DNA of 64,000 bases from positions 57 to 64,056 of the forward strand of contig JAGGUV010000093.1 in assembly GCA_021158345.1 (NCBI GenBank), read 5' to 3'. The notes under the pieces are model-generated. The model did not search any database and was not told the origin of the DNA. It saw only the letters and a program-made list of their open reading frames with translations. The position numbers and the translations under genes were made by a program. Below are positions 18,882 to 28,482 of the stretch, piece by piece; the stretch's first letter is position 1; each line of letters starts with the position of its first letter. The stretch comes from Bacteroidales bacterium (GTDB lineage Bacteria > Bacteroidota > Bacteroidia > Bacteroidales > AUK083).

Positions 18882-21377
18882 TTACTCCTGAAAATAAATT
18901 CTTTTTACTCTTCTGGAAATATTTGTTAAAACTTCATAAGGAATGCTCTCTAATTTATCTGCCATATAATTAATAGATTGATTTTCTTTACCGAAAACTA
19001 TTACCTCATCACCTTCCTTAGCATCAATATCAGTAATATCAACCATGCACATATCCATACAAATATTGCCGACAATATAAGCAAATTTATTATTTATCAA
19101 AAAGTGAAATCCTGTTTTACTAAGGCTTCTTTTAAGTCCATCAGCATAACCGACAGGTAAAACAGCAATTTTCATATTTTTTTTAGCAATATAATTTCTA
19201 TTATAGCCAATACTTTCGTTAGCATTTAAAAATTTTATCTGGGATATTACTGTTTTTAAAGTACTTACTTTTATTAATTTGTTCTGAACTTCTTTAAAAG
19301 GAGAAATGCCATAAAGGCCAATACCTAATCTAACCATATCAAATTGAGCTTCAGGGAATCGTGTTATTCCGGCAGAATTAAGAATATGTAATAATACTTT
19401 ATGATTAAAATGAGGCAATAAATAATCGGTCATTTCTTTAAACAAGTCAATTTGATGTTTTGTAAAATCATCTAAATTTTTATCATCGCTGCCAACAAGG
19501 TGAGAAAAAATTGACTGAACATAGATATGTTTACTATTTTTTAATAATGATACAAGCTCTTTTAATTGATGTTTTTCAAACCCTAAGCGGTGCATTCCAG
19601 TGTCAAGTTTAAGATGAATTTTCACACCTTTAGTTTCGGGCAAGAGATTTTTTTTAATACTGTCGTTAAGGAGTTTAAGAATTCTAAAATTGTATATTTC
19701 AGGTTCAAGATTATATTTTATGATAGAATCCATGCTGTCAGTTTCAGGATTCATAACCATAATAGGCACAGTAATTCCTGATTTTCTTAGGTCAACACCT
19801 TCATCGGCATAAGCCACACAAAGATAATCGATATGATAAAACTGAAGAATATTAGCTATTTCAAAGCTACCGCTACCATACGAAAAAGCCTTAACCATAG
19901 CCATAATTTTTGTTTTATGGGATATTGCAGATTTATAAAAATTTAAATTATGTATTAATGAGTCAAGGTTTATTTCAAGGACAGTTTCGTGAGTTTTTTT
20001 TTGTAATAGTCTGCTGATACGTTCAAATTTAAAATGCCGTGCTCCTTTTAATAATATTGTTTCATTATTAAAAGAAGATAAAGACATTTTATTTAAAAAT
20101 TCTTCGGTGGATTCAAAAAAATATTTTTCAATTTTAAATTTATCACTTTGTTTTTTTATAGCCTTACCAATACCAATAATTTTTTTTACATTTTTCTTCA
20201 AAAGTAAATTTGCAATGTCAGCATAAAGCACATCATCATTTCTTGTACTTTGTAATACATCCGAAATAATAATGGTTTTTTTAACGTGTTGGTTTTGCTG
20301 ATCCAAAAAATCAAGAGCTATACTAATTGAATTTATATCAGAATTATAATAATCGTTTATTAAAGAACAATTGTTTATACCATCTTTTAATTCCAGACGC
20401 ATAGCAATTGGAGTAAGCAATTTCATCCTTTTGTCAATAATATCGTTGTCATATCCTAACAATAGCATTAAAGCCCAACAATGAATAGCATTTTCAATAG
20501 AAGCATTATCAATAAAAGGAATATTAATATCTATCTCTTTTAGTTTATAAGATGCTTTTATTAAAGTTGAATTATCATTTTTAATAATTTTTTTAATGAT
20601 AAGTTCAGAATTCGGGGATTTGCCCCATGAAAATATTTTTTTATTCTTAAACTCAATATTTTCAGAAATAATACTATTTATTTCTTTATGGTCAGAACAA
20701 TAGATAATGGTTTTAACATTTGAAAAAAGTTTTAGTTTTTCATTAATTTTCTGAGAAAGGCTATTAAAATTAACATCATGAGCATGTCCAATATTAGTAA
20801 AGATGCCAATATCAGGGAGGATAATTTTTTGAAGTTTTTGCATTTCACCGGGCATAGAAATTCCGGCTTCAAAAACAGCAATATCATTATCAGGACACAT
20901 CTGCCACACAGAAAGCGGTACGCCGATTTGAGAATTATAACTCTTAGGACTTCTGATAATATTTTTATCAAAACACATCAGTTGGTAGAGCCATTCTTTA
21001 ATAATTGTTTTACCATTGCTGCCTGTAATGCCTATAACAGGAATATTGAATTTTTTTCTATGCCATTGTCCCAAAGATTGTAATGCTTCGAGAGTGTCTT
21101 TTACAAGTATAAAATTACTGTCAATATATTTGTCAATATTATCCGGTGCTGATGATACAACAAAATTTCTTAGTCCGTTTTTATAAAGTTCATCAATATA
21201 TTTATGACCATTATTTCTTTTGGAAATTAAAGCAAAAAATATAGAATTTTTAGCAAAGAACAAACGTCTGCTATCAATAATTATATAATTTATAATATTA
21301 TTTTTCCCGGATTTTTTTATTAATTCACCATTAATGATTTTTACAATTTTCGAAATATTATAATAATTAAACATCAT
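18882..21377 (-). CDS. bifunctional UDP-MurNAc-tripeptide--D-Ala-D-Ala ligase (MurF) / alanine racemase (Alr)
   Basis: 831 aa. N-terminal Mur ligase (GITGSNGKT) is fused to a C-terminal alanine racemase (PLP-lysine region AMVKAFSYGSG, ...PVGYADG...). Confidence 0.9.
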   Translation of the reverse strand: MMFNYYNISKIVKIINGELIKKSGKNNIINYIIIDSRRLFFAKNSIFFALISKRNNGHKYIDELYKNGLRNFVVSSAPDNIDKYIDSNFILVKDTLEALQSLGQWHRKKFNIPVIGITGSNGKTIIKEWLYQLMCFDKNIIRSPKSYNSQIGVPLSVWQMCPDNDIAVFEAGISMPGEMQKLQKIILPDIGIFTNIGHAHDVNFNSLSQKINEKLKLFSNVKTIIYCSDHKEINSIISENIEFKNKKIFSWGKSPNSELIIKKIIKNDNSTLIKASYKLKEIDINIPFIDNASIENAIHCWALMLLLGYDNDIIDKRMKLLTPIAMRLELKDGINNCSLINDYYNSDINSISIALDFLDQQNQHVKKTIIISDVLQSTRNDDVLYADIANLLLKKNVKKIIGIGKAIKKQSDKFKIEKYFFESTEEFLNKMSLSSFNNETILLKGARHFKFERISRLLQKKTHETVLEINLDSLIHNLNFYKSAISHKTKIMAMVKAFSYGSGSFEIANILQFYHIDYLCVAYADEGVDLRKSGITVPIMVMNPETDSMDSIIKYNLEPEIYNFRILKLLNDSIKKNLLPETKGVKIHLKLDTGMHRLGFEKHQLKELVSLLKNSKHIYVQSIFSHLVGSDDKNLDDFTKHQIDLFKEMTDYLLPHFNHKVLLHILNSAGITRFPEAQFDMVRLGIGLYGISPFKEVQNKLIKVSTLKTVISQIKFLNANESIGYNRNYIAKKNMKIAVLPVGYADGLKRSLSKTGFHFLINNKFAYIVGNICMDMCMVDITDIDAKEGDEVIVFGKENQSINYMADKLESIPYEVLTNISRRVKRIYFQE

Positions 21378-21411
21378 ATATTAAAGACAATAAAAAAATG
21401 ACAAAAGAAAT

Positions 21412-22557
21412 TTACGAATTATCATTTTCAAGTTCTTGCAGCTCTTTATTTTTTAAATTATTTTTATTATTATTGAACTCCGGTATTTCTTCCTTAAGAA
21501 CATTTTCGTGCATTTGCTCATAAGCTAAACGTTTACGATAAATATCACAAGCAAGATAAATAGCCTGTCTGAAAGAATCGGGATAAGCTTTATTTTTACC
21601 TGCAATATCATAAGCAGTACCATGACCTGGTGATGTTCTGACAATAGGCAAGCCTGCTGTAAAATTAACACCATTTTTATCAGAGAGTGTTTTAAAAGGT
21701 ATTAATCCCTGATCGTGATACATTGCTAAAACACCATCGAATTTTTTATATGCACCGGAACCAAAAAAACCATCAGCAGGATAAGGGCCATAAACAATAA
21801 TATTATTATCAAAGGCTTTATTAATAGCAGGGATAATAACATCATTTTCTTCATTACCGATTAAACCATCATCGCTAGCATGAGGATTTAACCCTAAAAC
21901 AGCAATTCTGGGTTTTATTATATCAAAATCTTTTATTAACGAATCGTTTAATACATTTATCTTCTTTAACAATAAATCCTGTGTAATATGAGAAGAAACA
22001 TCTTTAATGGGCAAATGTCCTGTAACAACACCCACTCTTAACCCTTCATTGACCATTAACATTAAAGTGTTATCAGCATCAAATTTCTGAGAAAGATATT
22101 CTGTATGTCCGGGAAAATTAAAATCCCCGGCTTGAATATTTTTTTTATTAATAGGTGCAGTAACCAAGACATCAATTAAATTTTTCTTTAAATCATCAAC
22201 AGCAGCTTCAAGCGATAAATAAGAAAGTTCTCCTGCTAATGAAGTAGATTTTCCTGATTCAATTTTAATTTCCTTATTAAAATAACAATTGATAAGATTT
22301 GAACGCCTATGATTTATAGTACTCGCATTTTTAATTATATTAAAACTAAAATCATTTATTTTGAGTGTTTTTCTGTAATATGATGTCACCTTTGAATTGC
22401 CATACACAACAGGAGTAAATAATTCTATAATTTGAGGATTGGATAATGTTTTTAATATAATTTCATATCCTATTCCGTTGATATCGCCGTGAGTAATACC
22501 AACAATTATTTTTTTATTTTTTTTGTCTTTTAATTTATTATCTGAAAGTTTGTTCAT
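21412..22557 (-). CDS. pdxA: 4-hydroxythreonine-4-phosphate dehydrogenase
   Basis: 381 aa with GDINGIGYEI, PGHTEYL and HGTAYDIAGK, plus a short Lys/Asn-rich C-terminal tail. Confidence 0.9.
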   Translation of the reverse strand: MNKLSDNKLKDKKNKKIIVGITHGDINGIGYEIILKTLSNPQIIELFTPVVYGNSKVTSYYRKTLKINDFSFNIIKNASTINHRRSNLINCYFNKEIKIESGKSTSLAGELSYLSLEAAVDDLKKNLIDVLVTAPINKKNIQAGDFNFPGHTEYLSQKFDADNTLMLMVNEGLRVGVVTGHLPIKDVSSHITQDLLLKKINVLNDSLIKDFDIIKPRIAVLGLNPHASDDGLIGNEENDVIIPAINKAFDNNIIVYGPYPADGFFGSGAYKKFDGVLAMYHDQGLIPFKTLSDKNGVNFTAGLPIVRTSPGHGTAYDIAGKNKAYPDSFRQAIYLACDIYRKRLAYEQMHENVLKEEIPEFNNNKNNLKNKELQELENDNS

Positions 22558-22666
22558 TTTCGTTATTTATTTTTTACAAATATAATAAATACTAATAATT
22601 GATTTAATAATTGTTAATATTAACATTATTGTTTAATGTTTGAAATCAAAAAAATTTTATCATCTA

Positions 22667-24112
22667 TTAACTATTATAAGCAAAGTCTTTAAGATAATAA
22701 TAAAAGAGTCTCACACCAACGCCTGTTCCTCCGGCAGTGAAATAATTATATTTTTTATCAAGAAAAGCAGAGCCTGCAATATCGAGATGAATAAAAGGTG
22801 AATCGGTGAAATGCTCAAGAAATTTACAAGCTACAATAGCACCGGCATCAGGACCACCAAGATTTTTTATATCAGCAATATCTGATTTTATTGCTTCATC
22901 ATACTCGTCCCATAAAGGAAATTCTACTAATCGTTCATTAACAAAAAAAGATGTTTGTTTTAATTTATCAAATTCTTTATCAGCATGAGAATTCATTGCA
23001 ACAATACCGTATTTTCCTATTGCTCTGCTGGCAGCACCTGTTAAAGTAGCAATGTCAATCACAACTTCAGGATTATATTTGTCAGCATACGACAAAGCAT
23101 CAGCAAGCAACATTCGGCCTTCTGCATCTGTATTAACAATTTCAACAGTTTTACCATTGTGCATAGTAATAACATCACCCGGGACATAAGCATTATTATT
23201 AAGTCTGTTGTCAGTGCAAGGCATCAGACCAACGACATAAACAGGCAATTTTGCTTTGGCAATAGCATACAATGAGCAAGCCACAACAGCAGCCCCTGAC
23301 ATATCACATTTCATACCATCAAGAAAGTTCCCTGTTTTAATATTGATGCCGCCTGTATCAAAAACAACACCTTTGCCAACTAATACTACAGGTTTTTTGT
23401 TTACAGCATTGTCAGGTTTCCACTCAAAAACAGTAAAAGTAGGAGGGTCGATGCTCCCTTTATTAACTGCAAGTAAACCACCCATTTTTAAAGCCTTAAT
23501 TTTTTCTTTATTAAAAACTTCAACTTTTACATTGAGTTCTTCGCCCATTTTTACTATCTCATCAGAAAAAATTTGTGCATTTAAATACATCACAGGTTCA
23601 TTAATAAGGTCTCTGCATTTGCATACACTAAGCAAAACATTATTCAATTCAAAAATTTTATCATCGGAAATTTCATCAGAAAAAACCAAAATCTTTTCTA
23701 AAGTATTTATCTTTTCTCTCTTCGATTTATATTTTAAAAATTGATAATTCCCTAGATAAATGCCTTCGATATAAGCAGAAATTATTTCAGTTTCAAAATA
23801 TTTATCAATTAATGTAATTTTTTTAATGTTATTTTTATTTAATAAATCAACTAATGTACTACCGTAGATACGGGTTTTTTCCAACAACTTATTTCTCTCT
23901 ATTTTTTCATTATTGATAAGCTGAATAAAAACCCATCTATCATATTTATTAACAGATACTAAATCTTTTTTAAAAAGAACAATCTGTTTCTTTACGTAAT
24001 TATATTCCTCGTCAGTTAAAATATCTTTATTTAAATTGTCTATAGACGAAATAATAAAAACCAAATTGTCGTTGGCTTCAAATCTTTTTACTTTATTAAT
24101 AATATCATTCAT
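22667..24112 (-). CDS. pepA: leucyl aminopeptidase (M17)
   Basis: 481 aa with VGKGVVFDTGG and NTDAEGRMLLADAL signatures. Confidence 0.92.
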   Translation of the reverse strand: MNDIINKVKRFEANDNLVFIISSIDNLNKDILTDEEYNYVKKQIVLFKKDLVSVNKYDRWVFIQLINNEKIERNKLLEKTRIYGSTLVDLLNKNNIKKITLIDKYFETEIISAYIEGIYLGNYQFLKYKSKREKINTLEKILVFSDEISDDKIFELNNVLLSVCKCRDLINEPVMYLNAQIFSDEIVKMGEELNVKVEVFNKEKIKALKMGGLLAVNKGSIDPPTFTVFEWKPDNAVNKKPVVLVGKGVVFDTGGINIKTGNFLDGMKCDMSGAAVVACSLYAIAKAKLPVYVVGLMPCTDNRLNNNAYVPGDVITMHNGKTVEIVNTDAEGRMLLADALSYADKYNPEVVIDIATLTGAASRAIGKYGIVAMNSHADKEFDKLKQTSFFVNERLVEFPLWDEYDEAIKSDIADIKNLGGPDAGAIVACKFLEHFTDSPFIHLDIAGSAFLDKKYNYFTAGGTGVGVRLFYYYLKDFAYNS

Positions 24113-24144
24113 AATTATAAAAAATTAAACATTTAATAAGATGG

Positions 24145-24152
24145 CAAAATTA
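24145..24152 (-). promoter_or_regulatory. -7 box (TAnnTTTG) for pepA
   Basis: Minus strand TAATTTTG lies 33 nt upstream of the ATG. Confidence 0.4.
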
Positions 24153-24249
24153 TAATTTATTCTATAGTTTTAAAATTTCAAGAATAAATCTTAATATAAA
24201 ATTAATATTTAAATAATATAATATTAAACTTTGTTATATATCAATGATT

Positions 24250-24257
24250 TACATTTG
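24250..24257 (+). promoter_or_regulatory. -7 box (TAnnTTTG)
   Basis: TACATTTG lies 25 nt upstream of the ATG at 24282. Confidence 0.4.
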
Positions 24258-24281
24258 TACCAGATAAAAAAAACAAAACTT

Positions 24282-24638
24282 ATGAAAAAATTTGCATTAA
24301 TATCATTAATGGTCTTATGTATAACAGGCATAACATTAGCAATAAATTTAAAAGACATTAGAAAAGACAGTCAAAACAAAAACAGAGCTTCTATTAATGG
24401 GATGGTTACTGATTTAAAAACAGGTGAAGCATTAGCAGGAGTATCAGTAAGTATTGAAGGGACTGACATAAAGGTATATACTGATTTTGACGGAAACTTT
24501 GAATTTAAAAATTTAGAATCAGGCACATATAACATCATTTGTTCATATATTTCTTACAAAAAAAGTTTAATTGAAAATATTAAAATCAATTCATGCCAAA
24601 ATAAAATTATTGAGACCAAACTACAACCCTCAAAATAA
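24282..24638 (+). CDS. stand-alone carboxypeptidase-regulatory-like (CarboxypepD_reg) domain protein
   Basis: 118 aa counted from the ATG at 24282. Signal peptide, then ...INGMVTDLKTGEALAGVSVSIEGT...YTDFDGNFEFKNLESGTYNI..., the same domain found at the N-terminus of the TonB-dependent receptor at 25620-28460. Confidence 0.6.
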   Translation: MKKFALISLMVLCITGITLAINLKDIRKDSQNKNRASINGMVTDLKTGEALAGVSVSIEGTDIKVYTDFDGNFEFKNLESGTYNIICSYISYKKSLIENIKINSCQNKIIETKLQPSK

Positions 24639-25156
24639 AAAAACACAGGCAATATTTTTTTAGTCGGGAAAATTTTCCTGACTATTAATTTAATACAAAC
24701 AGAATTAATACATTATATATCTTTAATACAGGGATTATCAAACTACCTTGAGGCAGAGCCATAGATTAAATTGAGTTTGCCTCGCAAACATATTTATTTT
24801 CTACCCTGAGGGTCGGGGAATTAAACCACATATTGATTAAATATTTGGTCACATCATCAGGCAACACGAAGGGAAGATAAAATATTAATTATGTAGAGAA
24901 TTAAACAAGACTAAAACGATTTTTTTCAGGAACAGATTTGATAATAAATTATCAAAATATAAAAAAAATAAAAAAATTAGCTTAAGTGTTAAGTGTCAAT
25001 ATATTAAAATTTTTATCTAATTTTTCAGGTGTCAAATGTTTTTCTTGTTGGATCAGAAAATCTGAATTTATCGTTAGTGATTATAAGTAGTTTATTATTT
25101 ATAAAATATCATTATGCACCTTATCAGACTTGACACATTTATACTAAAATCAACAT

Positions 25157-25612
25157 TTAATATTTTCGTTTATTAATAAAATTCCCTTGTTTATCCCACA
25201 TTATCCATGTTCCCGATTTTTTGCCTTCAAGATAATACATTTCATAAAGTTTTACACCTTTGTCGCTCCATACATACCAATAGCCATTTTTAAAATCATC
25301 CTTATACCTGGCTTCAGCAACTTTACACCCCTGTTCATTCCAATTTATCCACAACCCATCTTTTTTGCCATTTTTATAGGAATGCTGTTCTTTTTTCATA
25401 CCATTTTTATAATATAAAATTACTAAGCCATTCTCAATACCATTTTTAATATTTAGTTCAATTTTTTTATTTCCATTATCATAATATTCTATATGCTTAC
25501 CTGTATAAAGCATATTATCCTTGTAATAATGTCCATTTTTATATTCTAAACTTTGACAAAAAATTATTTTAACACAAAATAATAAGATTATTAAAATAAA
25601 ATATCGTTTCAT
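25157..25612 (-). CDS. secreted MORN-variant repeat protein (YwqK-like)
   Basis: 151 aa with a signal peptide and repeated YxNGxKxxExxYKNGxxxG units. Confidence 0.6.
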   Translation of the reverse strand: MKRYFILIILLFCVKIIFCQSLEYKNGHYYKDNMLYTGKHIEYYDNGNKKIELNIKNGIENGLVILYYKNGMKKEQHSYKNGKKDGLWINWNEQGCKVAEARYKDDFKNGYWYVWSDKGVKLYEMYYLEGKKSGTWIMWDKQGNFINKRKY

Positions 25613-25619
25613 ATAATAA

Positions 25620-28460
25620 TTAATTTAAAGTATAAATAAATTTTAAAGAAAAAGTTCTGCCTTTATTATAAGATGAGAACAAATACTTATTGTTTTTCCA
25701 TGTAGAATTTTCATTCCATCTTGTATACGATTTTTTTAATTTTTTGTTAAGCAAATTATCAGCAGATAACTTAAGCATACAATTTTTACCAATATTTTTT
25801 GAGACATTAAAATTTAATGAACCATAAGGTTCTTCATATACATTTGGTGTTCCGCCTAAAATAACAGATATCAGCCTTTTGCCCGTAATATTATAACTTA
25901 TGTTAGCTTTTAAATTCAAAGTATCATTTACATAGCTTAATATGGCATTAACAACATAAGGTGATTGCCCATACATAACTCTTGTTTCAGGATAATCCGG
26001 TTCTGTAGCATGAATAACGTTTAATTCTTTTTGGTCAAGGTTAACATACGATTTAACAAAAGTAATATTAGCACCTATTCTGTAATTTTTTAAAGCATCA
26101 ATAAAATCAAGTTTTTTTCTAAACTCAGCTTCAATACCAAGGAGATTTGCATTATCAACATTTCTCCAGGTCAATTCATCATTACCTGCTTCAGGATTAA
26201 AAGTACGCTCAATAGGATTGATAAAATTTTTATAAAAAGCACTTATTGCAATTATTTCAGATGGTTTGAGAAAACATTCCCATCTTAAATCAATATTATT
26301 AATAACAGTTCTTTTTAAATCTGCATTACCAACATTAACATAATCTCCCTGAAAATTGAAAGAAGCATAAGGTGCTAATTCCCGAAAAGAAGGACGAGCA
26401 ATAGTTCTGGTAATTGCTGCTCTGAGATTTGACTTTTTATTGATTTTATAATTAATATTTAATGCAGGCAGCAAATCTTTCTTGTTGTCAATATTGCCTT
26501 TCTTTTTGCTCGGATTTTTACTTTCACAATTAATATCTGTTGTTTCAAGTCTTGCACCTGCAATGATATTTAATTTATTTGATAATGGAATATTTACCAT
26601 AATATAAGTAGAAATAACAGATTGATTAGCATTATAGCTGTTTGTTTTATCCTCATCAACAGAATTTTGCACATAAATACCGTAAAGTCCCGTAACAGTG
26701 TTTATGCCTGCCTTACCAATATTATTATCAACAAAATAATTATTAATATTTCCTGAATACATTTCTGGTTGTTGAGAAGTAAAGCTAAATTTTTTTTCGT
26801 CAAAATTACGATTTTTATAAATATATAAAGCTCCAAATTTTAAATCTGACTTATTTCCAAAATAATTAAATGGTAAATTAAAATCAATTTTATAATTAAA
26901 ATTATATTCGTTCATATTTCTATAATAACGTGTAGGGTCAGAATATTCGGAAGTATTGATAGAATATGCTTTTTCGCCTATTTTATCAGGATAATAACTA
27001 TTTGTAAAAAATCGCAAATCAGGCTCAAGCTGAGAAGATAAAGTATAAGAGCAAATCCAATTGATTTTTAAATATGCAAAATTTTCTAAATAATGTTTCC
27101 CTTTTAACTGCAACGAGTTAAAAGTTCTTTTAACGGATTTTAACGACCTTGTTTCTCTAAATCTACCAGTCCCATCAGAAGCAACTTCCCCGATCATATA
27201 TCGAGCTGAAGAATTAATATCTTGATTTTTAATATAATTAAAACCAATATTATTATTATCAGACATTTTATAACTTATATTTAATAACAAACCCCATAAT
27301 ATACCAGTTTTTCCTTTTGTGTCATTATAATATGATTCATTATTTAAATTATTGGAATTGCTGCCTATTAATCTATATCTGCTTTCAACACCATCATTAT
27401 AATAAGAATATTTTTTTCTATAATTAAATCCCGCAATATAACCTAAAGGCTTACCTAAAAATTTTATTTGATTTCCAAAAGATAAAGAATAACTATTATT
27501 TAAAAAAGAATATTTTTTTTTAAGTGCCCAGTTATTATTAAAAGAGCGGGTTATGCTATCAAGTCTGTCATTGTCAACATATAACTCCGGGATATCATTA
27601 TTAGCAATAGAAGGAATATCATGTAAGACATTATCGAATTTCAAAAAGCCAAGTTTTTCTCCTTCACAAGTCAGAAAATTTTTATTTAAGCTTGAATTTG
27701 TATTATATCCGAGAGAGGAGGAAAATTTTAAGGTAAACTTTTCAGGAAAATCTTTAGTAACAACATTAATATACCCACCTGAAAAATTACCTGGCAAATC
27801 AGGTGTAAAAGTTTTTTTCACAATAATATTATCAATAATATTAGAAGGGAATAAATCCATTTGAACAGAATTTCTTTCCGGATCTAAACTAGGTATTTCA
27901 GCTCCGTTAAGAGCTGATTTGTTATACCTGTCACCTAAACCTCTGACATAAACATATTTTCCTTGTCCCACAGATATGCCTGTTATTCTTTTTAAAGCAG
28001 AAGCTGCATTATTATCACCGGTTTTGGAAATTTGCTGAGAAGATATTCCATCAATAATATTAAAAGTTTTTTTTTGCATCATTAATATTGATATTTCACT
28101 ATTTCTCGTAGCTTTTGCTCTTATAACAACCTCATCAAGTTTGATACTAACAGGATTAAGGCTAAAATTCAGAATATTAGTTTCATTGGATTTAATTTTA
28201 ATATTTTTTATTATTTTGGTTTCATATGAAATAAAAGAACATTTTACATCATAAATATTTGGTTTAATTTTTTCAATAAGATAATTTCCGTCAAAATCAC
28301 TTGCCCCACCATTATAAGTGCCAACAATAACAACTGTGGCACCTATTAATTCTTCGCCTGTGCTTTTATCAATAATTTTTCCTGTTAATACGGCATTCTG
28401 CGCAAGAGATAAAACTTCTATTTTTAACAGGATAATTATAAAAAAAAAGAATTTATTCAT
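25620..28460 (-). CDS. TonB-dependent outer-membrane receptor with N-terminal CarboxypepD_reg domain
   Basis: 946 aa. Signal peptide, CarboxypepD_reg domain, plug region (...RITGISVGQGKYVYVRGLGDRY...) and a long beta-barrel. Confidence 0.85.
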   Translation of the reverse strand: MNKFFFFIIILLKIEVLSLAQNAVLTGKIIDKSTGEELIGATVVIVGTYNGGASDFDGNYLIEKIKPNIYDVKCSFISYETKIIKNIKIKSNETNILNFSLNPVSIKLDEVVIRAKATRNSEISILMMQKKTFNIIDGISSQQISKTGDNNAASALKRITGISVGQGKYVYVRGLGDRYNKSALNGAEIPSLDPERNSVQMDLFPSNIIDNIIVKKTFTPDLPGNFSGGYINVVTKDFPEKFTLKFSSSLGYNTNSSLNKNFLTCEGEKLGFLKFDNVLHDIPSIANNDIPELYVDNDRLDSITRSFNNNWALKKKYSFLNNSYSLSFGNQIKFLGKPLGYIAGFNYRKKYSYYNDGVESRYRLIGSNSNNLNNESYYNDTKGKTGILWGLLLNISYKMSDNNNIGFNYIKNQDINSSARYMIGEVASDGTGRFRETRSLKSVKRTFNSLQLKGKHYLENFAYLKINWICSYTLSSQLEPDLRFFTNSYYPDKIGEKAYSINTSEYSDPTRYYRNMNEYNFNYKIDFNLPFNYFGNKSDLKFGALYIYKNRNFDEKKFSFTSQQPEMYSGNINNYFVDNNIGKAGINTVTGLYGIYVQNSVDEDKTNSYNANQSVISTYIMVNIPLSNKLNIIAGARLETTDINCESKNPSKKKGNIDNKKDLLPALNINYKINKKSNLRAAITRTIARPSFRELAPYASFNFQGDYVNVGNADLKRTVINNIDLRWECFLKPSEIIAISAFYKNFINPIERTFNPEAGNDELTWRNVDNANLLGIEAEFRKKLDFIDALKNYRIGANITFVKSYVNLDQKELNVIHATEPDYPETRVMYGQSPYVVNAILSYVNDTLNLKANISYNITGKRLISVILGGTPNVYEEPYGSLNFNVSKNIGKNCMLKLSADNLLNKKLKKSYTRWNENSTWKNNKYLFSSYNKGRTFSLKFIYTLN

Positions 28461-28482
28461 ATTTTAATAAAAGAATTAAATA

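Noticed and set aside
18882-21377. MurF-alanine racemase fusion as a novel fusion protein
   Set aside because: From memory this bifunctional arrangement is already annotated in many Bacteroidota genomes, so I do not treat it as novel. It is reported as an ordinary feature.
24854-24860. CUGAUGA on the minus strand, suggesting a hammerhead ribozyme core
   Set aside because: No GAAA follows a stem II at the required position, and no stem I/III with a cleavage triplet could be drawn. This is an isolated heptamer match.
24800-24880. TPP-riboswitch-like fragments (CCTGAGGG ... CATCAGGCAACACGAAGGGAAG) and SRP-RNA-like GGGTCGGGGAA
   Set aside because: The core TPP elements (CUGAGA, ACCUGAUCUGGAUAAUGCCAGCG) and the SRP helix-8 motif are not matched beyond a few nucleotides. 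The region also lies downstream of both neighbouring genes, not in a 5' leader.
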